Below, one piece after another: positions 28,837 through 37,997 of a stretch of 64,000 nt of DNA (position 1 is its first letter; every line of letters begins with the position of its first letter). Source of the stretch: Polaromonas sp. (lineage in GTDB: Bacteria > Pseudomonadota > Gammaproteobacteria > Burkholderiales > Burkholderiaceae_C); NCBI GenBank assembly GCA_038902775.1, contig JBCKNM010000003.1, positions 3 to 64,002 on the forward strand. The letters run 5' to 3'. The notes beneath the pieces are model-generated. The model was not told the DNA's origin. It searched no databases and saw nothing but the letters and a program-made list of their open reading frames with translations. Made by a program: the position numbers and the translations under genes.

Positions 28837-30069
28837 ATGTTGCAATCCGTTCCCACCCCTGCATCGCCACCCGCAACCGATGGCCCCAACGAGCCACTGA
28901 TGCAGACAAACATGATTGGCGCACCGACCTCATTGCCCCGCCGTCACCTGCTGGCCATCAGCACCAGCGCACTCGCCGCCGCAGGACTGGCAACCTGGAC
29001 CAATGGAGCCATGGCTCAGACTGCTGCGGTGACCGCCAAGCCACTGCCCGCGGCAGCGGGTCATGTCGATAAGCTGCCACGCGTAACACAAAAGCTGGTG
29101 GCATCCCCTTTTGCACCGGAGCATGATCAAGTTGCCAAAGGCGGCCCCAAGGTTGTGGCCGTGCGCATGACGACTGATGAAAAACTCATCACAATTGCAC
29201 CGGATGGTACAAAAATCTGGGCCTTGACTTTCAACGGCAGCGTACCCGGTCCGCTGATTGTGGTGCATGAGGGCGACTATGTCGAAGTCACTCTCGTCAA
29301 TCCAAAGACCAGCACGCTGCCGCACAACGTTGATTTTCATGCGGCAACCGGTGCCTTGGGTGGAGCAGAGTTGACGTTGGTGGCGCCTGGCGAGGAAGTG
29401 GTAATACGCTGGAAGGCGCTGAAGACAGGCGTATTCGTTTATCACTGCGCTCCGGGTGGAGTCATGATTCCGTTTCACGTCATTTCCGGAATGAGCGGCG
29501 CCATTATGGTGTTGCCGCGCGGTGGTCTGACAGATAACAAAGGCAAACCGGTACGCTACGATCGGGCTTATTACATTGGTGAACAGGATTTTTACGTTCC
29601 CAAGGATAAGAATGGAAAATACAAATCCTACGCCCAACCCGCCGAAGGTATGGCTGAGATGCTGGAGTTGGCGAAGGGACTCATCCCGACCCACGTAGTT
29701 TTCAATGGCGCAGTAGGTGCGCTGACCGGAGCCAATGCGCTCAAGGCAAAAGTGGGTGAGAAAGTGCTGTTCATTCACGCCCAGGCAAACCGCGATAGCC
29801 GTCCACACCTGATTGGCGGCCATGGCGACCTGGTATGGCAAGGCGGTTCGTTCAACGACCCACCCATAACCAATCAGGAGACCTGGTGGGTTCCGGGTGG
29901 TGCTGCGGTTGCTGCGCTGTATGAATTCCGCATGCCCGGGCTATATGTGTATCTCAGTCATAACCTGATTGAAGCAGTGCTTCTGGGAGCTGCTGCGCAC
30001 ATGAATGTCGAAGGCAAATGGGACGACGACATCATGAAACAACTCAAAAAACCAACACCTTCGAAATAG
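28837..30069 (+). CDS. nirK: Copper-containing nitrite reductase
   Basis: [13 protein letters not shown]...[21 protein letters not shown] Cu-site motifs; twin-arginine-like RRHLL signal; AAGGAG RBS before ATG 28837. Confidence 0.95.
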   Translation: MLQSVPTPASPPATDGPNEPLMQTNMIGAPTSLPRRHLLAISTSALAAAGLATWTNGAMAQTAAVTAKPLPAAAGHVDKLPRVTQKLVASPFAPEHDQVAKGGPKVVAVRMTTDEKLITIAPDGTKIWALTFNGSVPGPLIVVHEGDYVEVTLVNPKTSTLPHNVDFHAATGALGGAELTLVAPGEEVVIRWKALKTGVFVYHCAPGGVMIPFHVISGMSGAIMVLPRGGLTDNKGKPVRYDRAYYIGEQDFYVPKDKNGKYKSYAQPAEGMAEMLELAKGLIPTHVVFNGAVGALTGANALKAKVGEKVLFIHAQANRDSRPHLIGGHGDLVWQGGSFNDPPITNQETWWVPGGAAVAALYEFRMPGLYVYLSHNLIEAVLLGAAAHMNVEGKWDDDIMKQLKKPTPSK

Positions 30070-30189
30070 ACCTTCATCAAGGTCGTAAACCGACGTAGCT
30101 TCAACTTTATACCAGCTAAGGACCAAGGCTTCAAGTCAATCAAAAGGGTTTGAGGCTTTTGACAGTTTTCACGCCTTTCACAGCTTTAA

Positions 30190-30280
30190 GGGCACTTCTA
30201 GAAATTCAGATTTTCAGGATGAAGTGCTAGGCGGACGCAACGCAGCAATTCGTCCGAAAAATGAATTTATAGAAGTGCCC
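30190..30280. mobile_element. MITE family A, centre deleted
   Basis: Both termini intact; about 50 bp of the centre is missing; flanks TTAA/TTCA. Confidence 0.88.
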
Positions 30281-30294
30281 TTCATGTCAACCGA

Positions 30295-31716
30295 TCAACT
30301 CCCCGCTACCTTCATGCGGTTAACAAGGATCGACCCCACGGTTTTCGCCCCGTAGTTGTAGGCATCTGCTCCCACGGCCTGAATGCCCATCAGCATGTCT
30401 TTCAGGTTGCCGGCAATCGTGATTTCTTCGACCGGGAAGGCGATCTGCCCTTTCTCGACCCAGAAGCCCGCCGCGCCGCGTGAATAGTCGCCCGTCACGT
30501 AGTTCACGCCCTGGCCCATCAGTTCGGTCACAAACAGGCCTGTGCCCAGCTTTTTCAGCATGGCATCGAGGTCGTCGCCCGCTTGCGTCTGGCGGCTGCT
30601 CATCACCAGGTTGTGCGAGCCGCCTGCGTTACCGGTGGTGCGCATACCGAGCTTGCGGGCTGAATAAGTGCTTAAAAAGTAGCCGCGCACAATGCCGGCA
30701 TCGACAACCGTACGCGCACGGGTCTTCACACCCTCATCATCAAACGGCGCACTGCCCTTGCCTTTGGCGAGGTGCGGGTCTTCAGTAATGTCGATATGGC
30801 TGGGGAAAGCCGGCTTGCCCATGCTATTGAGCAAAAACGTGTTTTTACGATAGAGCGCGCCGCCGCTCACAGCCTGCACAAACCCGCCGAGCAAGCCCGC
30901 AGCCAGGGGGGACTCAAACAGCACCGGGCATTCGCAGGTTTTGACTTTGCGGCTTTTCAGGCGTGACAGTGCACGCTCTGCGGCATAGCGGCCAACCACG
31001 GCCGGGCTGGCCAGCTCGCTGGCATCGCGCATCGAGCTGTACCAGGCATCGCGCTGCATGTCGCCGTTTTTGCCGGGCGATGAAGCAATCGGCGCAACTG
31101 AAATACTGTGCCGCGAACTCGCGTAACCGCCCCTAAAACCCCGCGTGTGGGCGCTGAAAAAATGGCTCTGCTGAGCCGACACGCCAGCGCCTTCGCTGTT
31201 GGTGATGCGTTTTGACGTAGACAGTGCCGCAGCTTCGCATTCAAACGCTATTTTTGCCGCTTCTTCGCTGGTAATCGACCAGGGGTGAAATAAATCGAGG
31301 TCGGGGTGAATACGTGCAATGTCGCGATCGGCAGGCAGGCCGGATGATTTGTCTTCTGCCGTAAAGCGGGCAATGTCGTATGCCGCCTTGACGGTTTGTT
31401 TGATGGCCGCATCAGAAAAATCGCTGGTGGCTGCATTGCCGCGCTTTTTGCCGACATAGACCGTGATACCAAGCGATTTGTCGCGATTCCGCTCGACGTT
31501 TTCAAGCTCGCCCTTGCGCACGCTGACCGACAGGCCGCAGCCCTCGGAGGCCTCGGCGGCGGCATCGGTGCTGCCCAATTTTTTGGCGTAGCTAAGTGCG
31601 CTGTCCACCAGGTGTTCGAAAAAATCGCGGTGGTAACTGAAGCCTTTTTCGGGCTGGGTTGATGGTCGGGCTGTGGATGGCTGGCGCGAAACGGCTTGGG
31701 GGGTCTTTGGTGTCAT
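30295..31716 (-). CDS. pmbA: Metalloprotease PmbA (TldE)
   Basis: PFDDEGV, GQGVNYVTGDYSRGAAG, EITIAGNL; divergent from yjgA. Confidence 0.93.
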   Translation of the reverse strand: MTPKTPQAVSRQPSTARPSTQPEKGFSYHRDFFEHLVDSALSYAKKLGSTDAAAEASEGCGLSVSVRKGELENVERNRDKSLGITVYVGKKRGNAATSDFSDAAIKQTVKAAYDIARFTAEDKSSGLPADRDIARIHPDLDLFHPWSITSEEAAKIAFECEAAALSTSKRITNSEGAGVSAQQSHFFSAHTRGFRGGYASSRHSISVAPIASSPGKNGDMQRDAWYSSMRDASELASPAVVGRYAAERALSRLKSRKVKTCECPVLFESPLAAGLLGGFVQAVSGGALYRKNTFLLNSMGKPAFPSHIDITEDPHLAKGKGSAPFDDEGVKTRARTVVDAGIVRGYFLSTYSARKLGMRTTGNAGGSHNLVMSSRQTQAGDDLDAMLKKLGTGLFVTELMGQGVNYVTGDYSRGAAGFWVEKGQIAFPVEEITIAGNLKDMLMGIQAVGADAYNYGAKTVGSILVNRMKVAGS

Positions 31717-31741
31717 ATGGGTAGCTATGATACTGACTGCT

Positions 31742-32362
31742 ATGAACACCAAGACTTCCAAGGCCAACAAGCCAGTCATCAAAGGCTACTGGTCCAACGG
31801 CCGCTTCGTCAAACCGGAAGAAATCGCGCTTGAAGAAGTCGGCCCGCCCAGCAAAACCCAGCTCAAGGCCGAAGCCGACGAAAAGCAGGCCCTCGGCGAA
31901 GCGCTGCTGACCCTGCGCGCCGACCTGATGACGCGGCTTGATTTGCCCGACAAACTGCTCGATGCAATAGCAAGTGCGAAAAAAATCACCACCTTTGAAG
32001 GCAAACGCAGGCAGATGCAGTTCATCGGCAAGCTGATGCGCCCGCTGGATGCCGAGCCGATACGTGAAGCCATCAACGAGCAGCTCAATGGTTGGTCGCA
32101 GCTCACGCTGGCCCTGCACCTGGCCGAGCGGTGGCGCGACAAGCTGGTGCTGGATGACGAAGCGCTTGGCGTATGGCTGACCGAATACCCCGCCACCGAT
32201 TCGCAACAATTGCGCGCGCTGATTCGCCAGGCCCGCAAGGATGCCAAGCCTGAAAAACCCGTCAGCTTTGGTGAAGCCCCGCGCCACGTCAAGTCGTACC
32301 GCGAGATTTTTCAGCTGGTCAAGGCGGCCATGAAGAGCAAGGCTGAAGGTAATAACGAATGA
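31742..32362 (+). CDS. yjgA: Ribosome-associated protein YjgA/DarP
   Basis: PSKTQLK, RRQMQFIGKLMR, ERWRDKL, QQLRALIRQA. Confidence 0.92.
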   Translation: MNTKTSKANKPVIKGYWSNGRFVKPEEIALEEVGPPSKTQLKAEADEKQALGEALLTLRADLMTRLDLPDKLLDAIASAKKITTFEGKRRQMQFIGKLMRPLDAEPIREAINEQLNGWSQLTLALHLAERWRDKLVLDDEALGVWLTEYPATDSQQLRALIRQARKDAKPEKPVSFGEAPRHVKSYREIFQLVKAAMKSKAEGNNE

Positions 32363-32386
32363 GTGGAATGACTACTGGGCACTTCT

Positions 32387-32974
32387 ATGTATGACACGGT
32401 AAAAATCGGCATCGTCTCGGTCAGCGACCGCGCATCGAGTGGCGTGTATGTTGACAAAGGCCTGCCCACCTTAAAAGAATGGCTGACCCGCGCGCTGCTC
32501 AACCCCATCACGTTTGACGAACGCCTGATCCCCGACGAGCAGGCAGGCATCAGCAAGGCATTGATTGCACTGGTAGATAGCGGCTGCTCGCTGGTACTGA
32601 CCACAGGCGGCACCGGCCCGGCACTGCGCGACGTGACGCCCGAAGCCACGCTGGCTGTGGCGCACAAGGAGATGCCCGGCTTTGGCGAGCAGATGCGGCA
32701 GATCAGTTTGCGCTTTGTGCCAACGGCCATACTGTCGCGCCAATGCGCCGTGGTTCGTGACAAAAGCCTCATCATCAACCTTCCCGGCCAGCCGAAATCC
32801 ATCGCTGAAACGCTGGGGGGGTTAAAAGGTGAAAGTGGTGAGCAAATCGTGCCTGGCATATTTGCCGCAGTACCTTATTGCATTGACCTGATAGGTGGGC
32901 CTTATCTGGAAACTGACAGCCAGGTGTGCAAGGCCTTCAGGCCCAAGTCTGCGCTGCGCACGCCAGCCCCTTAG
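32387..32974 (+). CDS. mog: Molybdopterin adenylyltransferase
   Basis: SDRAS, TTGGTGPALRDVTPEAT, NLPGQPKSI. Confidence 0.95.
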   Translation: MYDTVKIGIVSVSDRASSGVYVDKGLPTLKEWLTRALLNPITFDERLIPDEQAGISKALIALVDSGCSLVLTTGGTGPALRDVTPEATLAVAHKEMPGFGEQMRQISLRFVPTAILSRQCAVVRDKSLIINLPGQPKSIAETLGGLKGESGEQIVPGIFAAVPYCIDLIGGPYLETDSQVCKAFRPKSALRTPAP

Positions 32975-32980
32975 AAAGAA

Positions 32981-33232
32981 GGGCATCTCTATAAATTCAT
33001 TTTTCAGGCGAATTGCGTCGTTGGGCGGTACTCGCAGGGTTATTGGGGTCAGACGCCAATTTCATTGCGATGCAGAGCATCGCACCCGGAGGGCGTGCCA
33101 AAGGCACGATGAATTTGGACTCTGACCCCAAAAACCCATTCCGGTTGCTGCGCGACCCTCGCATGAGCCCAAAGGGCGATGCGACACCCGCCTAGCACTT
33201 CATCCTGAAAATCTGAATTTCTAGAAGTGCCC
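32981..33232. mobile_element. MITE family A with nested family B element and an extra hairpin module
   Basis: Family A termini; B at 33037-33137 replaces the apical hairpin; extra TCGCAT-GAGCCCAAAGGGCG-ATGCGA module shared with 34571-34742. Confidence 0.88.
33037..33137. repeat. Family B element (reverse orientation)
   Basis: Near reverse complement of 17487-17587. Confidence 0.9.
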
Positions 33233-33270
33233 AGAGCCCTTGAAATCGACAAATGGGTGCGACGGAGGTT

Positions 33271-33332
33271 ACGTGACCCGTATGTCCGGTGGTGTGGGAG
33301 GGAGGGGCCGCGAGGCTTCTTCCTATCCCGAT
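33271..33332 (+). ncRNA. Group II intron (class C-like) 3' remnant: partial domain V and domain VI
   Basis: GACCCGTATGTCCGGTGGTGTGGGAGGG...GCCGCGAGGC...CCTATCCCGAT with the AY end; 5' half of DV is missing. Confidence 0.8.
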
Positions 33333-33342
33333 TAGACATTAG

Positions 33343-33371
33343 TTGCATGTGCGTACTATTGTGCATACAAT
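33343..33371 (+). promoter_or_regulatory. Cassette-internal sigma-70 promoter, probably giving a leaderless mRNA
   Basis: TTGCAT-N17-TACAAT with the ATG 6 nt downstream. Confidence 0.65.
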
Positions 33372-33377
33372 TGTGAT

Positions 33378-33653
33378 ATGGAAATCGTTTGGGATCCCGA
33401 AAAGGCAGCGGTCAATTCTGGAAATCATGGTGGCGTTACTTTTGAAGAGGCTACGCCAGTTCTTTTTGATCCATATGCGCTAACTCACGAAGATCGTGAC
33501 GCTCACGGCGAGCGCTGCTTTGTGACGCTGGGGTCGGGCGGAAAAGCCCGACTCCTGGTTGTTGTGCATACTTTTCGTGGTCAGACAATTCGGATTATTT
33601 CGGCATGGAAGGCGAACTCACCCCAACGGAAGCGCTATGAAAAACAATTCTGA
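33378..33653 (+). CDS. BrnT-family toxin
   Basis: WDPEKAAVN..NHG.VTFEEA..V, GERC...G, IRIISAWKA. Confidence 0.9.
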   Translation: MEIVWDPEKAAVNSGNHGGVTFEEATPVLFDPYALTHEDRDAHGERCFVTLGSGGKARLLVVVHTFRGQTIRIISAWKANSPQRKRYEKQF

Positions 33654-33990
33654 CAAGCTGTACGAGAAATTCAAAAATCTGGACTTTGCGAACGCACAGC
33701 CGGTTGCACTGACGACGCAATTGCAGCGACTCCAAGCTATGGCCGGCGTAAAATCGCGCATCACGATGCGGGTGGATAGTAGCGTTCTCGCTGTGTTCCG
33801 TGCCCGTGCGCAGTTGCTCGGCGGAAGTTATCAAACACTGATGAATGACGCATTGAAGCAGTTTGCGCAAGGTGTAACTTTGGCTGATATGCTAAATCAC
33901 ACCGTCCGCGAGACCGTTGATGCATGCCTAACCTCGCGTTCAACCTCGCGTTCGAGTGGACACGCAAAAGCAGCACGCCACTCAACTTGA
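33637..33990 (+). CDS. BrnA-family antitoxin, reading through the attC site
   Basis: KSRITMRVDSSVLAVFR...YQTLMNDAL ribbon-helix-helix motif; overlaps brnT. Confidence 0.85.
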   Translation: MKNNSDKLYEKFKNLDFANAQPVALTTQLQRLQAMAGVKSRITMRVDSSVLAVFRARAQLLGGSYQTLMNDALKQFAQGVTLADMLNHTVRETVDACLTSRSTSRSSGHAKAARHST

Positions 33991-33993
33991 TCG
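33926..33993 (+). other. Integron attC site, cut at the R' box by the intron
   Basis: R'' GCCTAAC, 5-nt spacer, L'' GTTCGAGT (extra C) pairing with L' ACTCAAC, 6-nt spacer, then G; contains a 12-bp tandem duplication. Confidence 0.72.
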
Positions 33994-34145
33994 GTGTGCC
34001 GTGCATGGCACGAATTCAGTCGGGTGAAAGTCCTGACACCAGGTATTCGCAGAGCCGAAGGTTAGCCAAAGGGCAAGTGCGTCGTCGCGAGGCAGGGTGC
34101 GGTAGGCAAGCCCAAGGGGAAATCGCGGGACGATGAACAAAAACC
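33994..34145 (+). ncRNA. Group II intron (class C-like) 5' remnant, domain I
   Basis: Starts GTGTG; CCGTGCATGGCACG, GGGTGAAAGTCC, GAGCCGAAGG, GGGCAAG, GTCGCGAGGC, AAGCCCAAG motifs; truncated by an IS end. Confidence 0.78.
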
Positions 34146-34216
34146 GGCGTGGCTCAAAACCGGGTAACACTTTTTCGGTAAGATGCGACGGACAAAACGT
34201 TATTTGGAGAATCGCC

Positions 34217-34444
34217 ATGCAAGCCGTCCTGGATGTGAATACCCTGCCGATCGCGGAGCGGCTCAGGCTCATGGAGTCTTTGTGGGAGTCTTTGTGTGCC
34301 TCCCAGCCCGATGGTGCAGCCCTACCTGCGTGGCATGACGAGGTACTGACACAGCGCATAGCCAGGATCGACAACGGTAGCGAATCAGTCAGCCCATGGC
34401 CGCAAGCAAAAGAGCGCATCCGCGCACAAGCGCGTGGTAGTTGA
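34217..34444 (+). CDS. Addiction module antitoxin
   Basis: LPIAERLRLMESLWESL...PAWHDEVL..R...W motif; GGAG RBS. Confidence 0.85.
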   Translation: MQAVLDVNTLPIAERLRLMESLWESLCASQPDGAALPAWHDEVLTQRIARIDNGSESVSPWPQAKERIRAQARGS

Positions 34445-34918
34445 TGCGGGTAGAGATTGCCCGGTCTGCAGAGACTGATCTGCTGCAAGGCTTTGCGTTT
34501 TATGAACGACAGCAAGCGGGCGTTGGCGACTACTTTCTCGATAGCCTGTTTGCGGATATCGATGCCTTGAGGGCACTTCTAGAAATTCAGATTTTCGGGA
34601 TGAAGTGCAAGGCGCGTGTCGCATCGCCCTTTGGGCTCATGCGAGGGTCGCGTAGCAACCGCAATGTACTTCAGGTACATGAGGATTGCGAGCACCGCGC
34701 AACGCGGCAATTCGCCCGAAAAATGAATTTATAGAAGTGCCCTTGACGCTCTATGGGGGCATCCATCCCAATCCGACGGACGCCTGCACCGCACTCTGGC
34801 GAAGCGGTTTCCATTCGCCATCTACTACACTTTTCAAGACGACACCGTAACGGTCGTTGCCGTGCTTGATTGCCGCCAAAATCCAGCCTCGATCATCGGC
34901 CATTTGCACCGCGTGTGA
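34444..34918 (+). pseudogene. RelE/ParE-family toxin interrupted by a MITE and a frameshift
   Basis: MRVEIARSAETDL...DIDAL, then MITE, then TLYGGIHP, then in another frame RLHRTLAKRFPFAIYY...VAVLDCRQNP. Confidence 0.85.
34571..34742. mobile_element. MITE family A inside the toxin gene, TTGA target duplication
   Basis: TTGA|GGGCACTTCTA...TAGAAGTGCCC|TTGA; removing it restores the DALTLYGG frame. Confidence 0.93.
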
Positions 34919-34950
34919 ATCGGACCGAACCGTGCCAGTGACAGGAACGG

Positions 34951-35067
34951 GGCGTAGTTCAAAAAGTAACGTTTTTGGGTAACACGGACAATGTGAATTT
35001 TGGATGGTTTGCCTATGACTCAATCGATGGTCACCCGAAAAAGTGTTACACGGTTTTGAACCACGCC
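34951..35067 (-). mobile_element. 117-bp family H mini element
   Basis: GGCGTAGTTCAAAAAGT...TTTTGGGTAACAC and GTGTTACACGGTTTTGAACCACGCC match both ends of 13638-13894 in reverse. Confidence 0.75.
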
Positions 35068-35086
35068 CCGTAACCCTTTAAATGCC

Positions 35087-35204
35087 GTAACTACTCAGGT
35101 TTCTGTAGGGTGGGCATCGCCCACGCAATCCCCGACTTGGCCCCATTCATGAAGCCAGCGTGGGCAGTGCCCACCCTACAAATCAGCAAGACCTGAGTAG
35201 TTAC
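35087..35204. mobile_element. MITE (family D) carrying a GTAG-type REP doublet
   Basis: TIR GTAACTACTCAGGT/ACCTGAGTAGTTAC; flanks TAAATGCC/TAAATACC; internal GTAGGGTGGGCATCGCCCACGC ... GCGTGGGCAGTGCCCACCCTAC (35105-35179). Confidence 0.8.
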
Positions 35205-35245
35205 TAAATACCAGCGTAAACAGCTACTAAATCAATAGCATCACA

Positions 35246-36025
35246 TCACTTGCCAACCAGCTGTTTGAGCTTGTCGGCTTCAAAGGTTTCTTCGCGCGCT
35301 GCATCAATCGGCACACAGTCCCTGCGCGGGCTGGCTGCTGTGCTTGACAGCGTCTCTATGGCCTGCCACAGCAGCGCAATCTGGTGCTCATGCGACGATG
35401 CGTTGTCGATCAGCCCCTTCATGGCCTGGCCTATGGGGTCGTCATCCAGCGTGATGCCGTAGGCAGAGAACTTGGTGTCGGGTGCTGTGACATCGGCGCT
35501 TTCGCCCACTTTGGACAGGATGATGCGGGCCGGAATCCCCACCGCCGTGGCGCCAGCGGGCACCGGCTTGATGACCACCGCGTTGCTGCCGATCTTGGCA
35601 CCGTCACCCACCACAAAGCCGCCCAGCACTTTGGCCCCCGCGCTCACCACCACGTTGCGGCCCAGTGTGGGGTGGCGTTTTTCGCCCTTGTAGAGCGAGG
35701 TACCGCCCAGCGTCACGCCCTGGTAAATCGTGCAGCCATCGCCAATCTCGGCAGTCTCGCCCACCACCACGCCCATCGCATGGTCAAAAAACACACGCTC
35801 GCCAATTTTTGCGCCAGGGTGAATTTCAATACCCGTCAGCCCACGCGCGATGTGTGAGATGAATCGGCCAGACCACTTGAAGCCGTGCGTCCAGCAGGCG
35901 TGCGCCCAGCGGTGCAGCACCAGCGCGTGCAGGCCGGGGTAGCAGGTGAGCACTTCCCAGGCCGTACGGGCCGCAGGGTCACGGTCAAGAATGCACTGGA
36001 TGTCGGAGCGGAGTCTGGAGAACAT
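35246..36025 (-). CDS. cysE: Serine O-acetyltransferase
   Basis: [32 protein letters not shown]. Confidence 0.96.
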   Translation of the reverse strand: MFSRLRSDIQCILDRDPAARTAWEVLTCYPGLHALVLHRWAHACWTHGFKWSGRFISHIARGLTGIEIHPGAKIGERVFFDHAMGVVVGETAEIGDGCTIYQGVTLGGTSLYKGEKRHPTLGRNVVVSAGAKVLGGFVVGDGAKIGSNAVVIKPVPAGATAVGIPARIILSKVGESADVTAPDTKFSAYGITLDDDPIGQAMKGLIDNASSHEHQIALLWQAIETLSSTAASPRRDCVPIDAAREETFEADKLKQLVGK

Positions 36026-36034
36026 CCTGCGAGT

Positions 36035-36832
36035 TTAGGGGTTAGCGGCCGGTTTTGCTGAAGCAGCGGTTTTTTGCACCATCGGCTTGGCCAGCATCGC
36101 TTTCGCCACACCGCGCAGGATGTGGATTTCTTCAGGGCTGAGTTGCGCGCGGTTAAACAGCTGGTTGAGCCGGGGCATGAGTTTTTTGGGTGAAACGGGG
36201 TCAAGAAAGCCGATGTCAGTCAGCGCTTCTTCCCAGTGCCTGAGCAGGCCTGCCAGCGCAGCAGCATCGGCCAGTTGCGGCCCGGCCGTCGCGCTCTGGA
36301 CTGCAAAGCCGCCAAGGGCTTCACGCCAGTCATAGGCAATCAACTGCACCGCCGCCGCGAGGTTGAGCGAGCCGAAGCTCGGATGGGTCGGAATGCTCAG
36401 CGCCACGTGGCAACGGTAGACGTCCTCGTTTTGCATGCCGAAGCGCTCGGAACCGAACAAGAAAGCCACGCCTTCCGGTTTCGATGCCTGATCCTTTCCC
36501 TGCCCGGAAGGCGAGCCGGGGCCACCCAGGAGTGCGGCGAAGTGCTTACGTGGGGCCTGCGTCGGCGGGCCGAAGTCGCGCGGGGTCATGGCCGTGGCGC
36601 ACAGGTGCGTCATGCCGTCCAATGCTTGGTCCAGCGTTTCAACTATCCGCGCATTGGCCAGCACATCCAGCGCACCGCTGGCGCGCTGAAGCGTTTCTTC
36701 ACGTCGCAACACATTGGCCCAGCGCGGCTTGACCAACACCATGTCGTCAAAACCCATGACCTTCATGGCGCGCGCCGCCGCGCCTACGTTGCCAGCGTGG
36801 CTGGTGTGGATGAGGATGAAGCGCGTTTTCAT
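36035..36832 (-). CDS. trmJ: TrmJ/LasT-family SPOUT RNA methyltransferase
   Basis: SHAGNVGAAARAMKVMG, FGSERFG, SLNLAAAVQ. Confidence 0.88.
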   Translation of the reverse strand: MKTRFILIHTSHAGNVGAAARAMKVMGFDDMVLVKPRWANVLRREETLQRASGALDVLANARIVETLDQALDGMTHLCATAMTPRDFGPPTQAPRKHFAALLGGPGSPSGQGKDQASKPEGVAFLFGSERFGMQNEDVYRCHVALSIPTHPSFGSLNLAAAVQLIAYDWREALGGFAVQSATAGPQLADAAALAGLLRHWEEALTDIGFLDPVSPKKLMPRLNQLFNRAQLSPEEIHILRGVAKAMLAKPMVQKTAASAKPAANP

Positions 36833-36936
36833 GAGGAAAAATTCAAGCCTTTCGGGCCAAGCCGGTAAAATGGCGCTATTGTCGCCTGCCAGCCCGGTTG
36901 CCTGGACGCAGCCCTTACGCTCTTTTTTAGCCTTAT

Positions 36937-37953
36937 ATGTCCAGCAATCTCCACCCCATGCTCAACGTGGCCATCAAGGCTGCGCGCGCCGCTGGTGCCA
37001 TCATCAACCGCGCTGCGCTTGATATTGAATCGGTTCGCATCTCGACCAAACAGACTAATGACTTCGTCACTGAAGTTGATCAGGCTGCCGAGGCCGCCAT
37101 CATCGAAACACTGCTCACCGCCTACCCCGGCCACGGCATTCTGGCCGAAGAATCGGGCAGCGAGCATGGCGCAAAAGATTCAGACTTCATCTGGATCATC
37201 GACCCGCTGGACGGCACCACCAACTTCATCCATGGCTTTCCGGTTTACTGCGTCAGCATTGCCCTTAGCGTTAAAGGCAAGGTCGAGCAAGCCGTGGTGT
37301 ACGACCCCACCCGCAACGATATTTTTTGCGCCAGCAAAGGCCGTGGCGCCTACATGAACGACCGCCGCATTCGCGTGGCCAAGCGCACCCACCTGCAGGA
37401 ATGCCTGCTGTCAACCGGCTTCCCCTATCGCCCCGGCGACAAACTCAAAATGCACCTGCGCATGTTGGGCGACATCATTCCCCAGTGCGCCGGTGTGCGC
37501 CGCCCCGGCGCGGCAGCGCTGGACCTGGCCTACGTGGCCGCAGGTTTTAGCGACGGCTTTTTTGAACTCGGCCTCAAGCCCTGGGATGTGGCCGCTGGCT
37601 CGCTACTCGTGACAGAAGCGGGCGGCCTGGTGGGTAACTTCACCGGTGAGTCCGAGTTTTTGCATGAGGGCGAATGCGTTGCCGGCAACCCCCGCATCTA
37701 CGGCCAGATGGTGACCGCGCTGGGCAAATACAGCAAGTTTGCGGGCACTGTGAAAGCCAGAACCCAAAGCACCCCAAAAGGCGCATTGGCACAAGCTAAT
37801 GCCGCCGCTGATCGTGACGATGGCGAGGCCAACGACCAAGCCGTTGTTATGGCCGCGTTTGAAAAATCCAGTACTACGCTGACGGCCAAGCCCAAACGCA
37901 TCAAACCCGCCAGCGCCATCGCAGATAAACGCATACTCAAAATCAGCTGTTGA
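36937..37953 (+). CDS. suhB: Inositol monophosphatase family protein
   Basis: [27 protein letters not shown]. Confidence 0.93.
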   Translation: MSSNLHPMLNVAIKAARAAGAIINRAALDIESVRISTKQTNDFVTEVDQAAEAAIIETLLTAYPGHGILAEESGSEHGAKDSDFIWIIDPLDGTTNFIHGFPVYCVSIALSVKGKVEQAVVYDPTRNDIFCASKGRGAYMNDRRIRVAKRTHLQECLLSTGFPYRPGDKLKMHLRMLGDIIPQCAGVRRPGAAALDLAYVAAGFSDGFFELGLKPWDVAAGSLLVTEAGGLVGNFTGESEFLHEGECVAGNPRIYGQMVTALGKYSKFAGTVKARTQSTPKGALAQANAAADRDDGEANDQAVVMAAFEKSSTTLTAKPKRIKPASAIADKRILKISC

Positions 37954-37997
37954 TGCTATTGCCTCAGTGGCAGCCAAGGACTTGATAGACTCAATAG

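Larger units (their letters stand above)
34146..35067. mobile_element. Family H IS-end-bounded non-autonomous unit carrying an addiction module
   Basis: GGCGTGGCTCAAAACCGGGTAACACTTTTTCGG at 34146 is inverted at 35035-35067 (31/33 match). Confidence 0.7.

Noticed and set aside
33257-33332. Complete miniature intron starting at GTGCG (33257)
   Set aside because: Only five bases match, the catalytic half of domain V is absent, and chance occurrence is likely
34924-34950. Second attC after the RelE/ParE gene (ACCGAAC)
   Set aside because: Poor R'' match and no complementary L'/R' arm visible before the IS end
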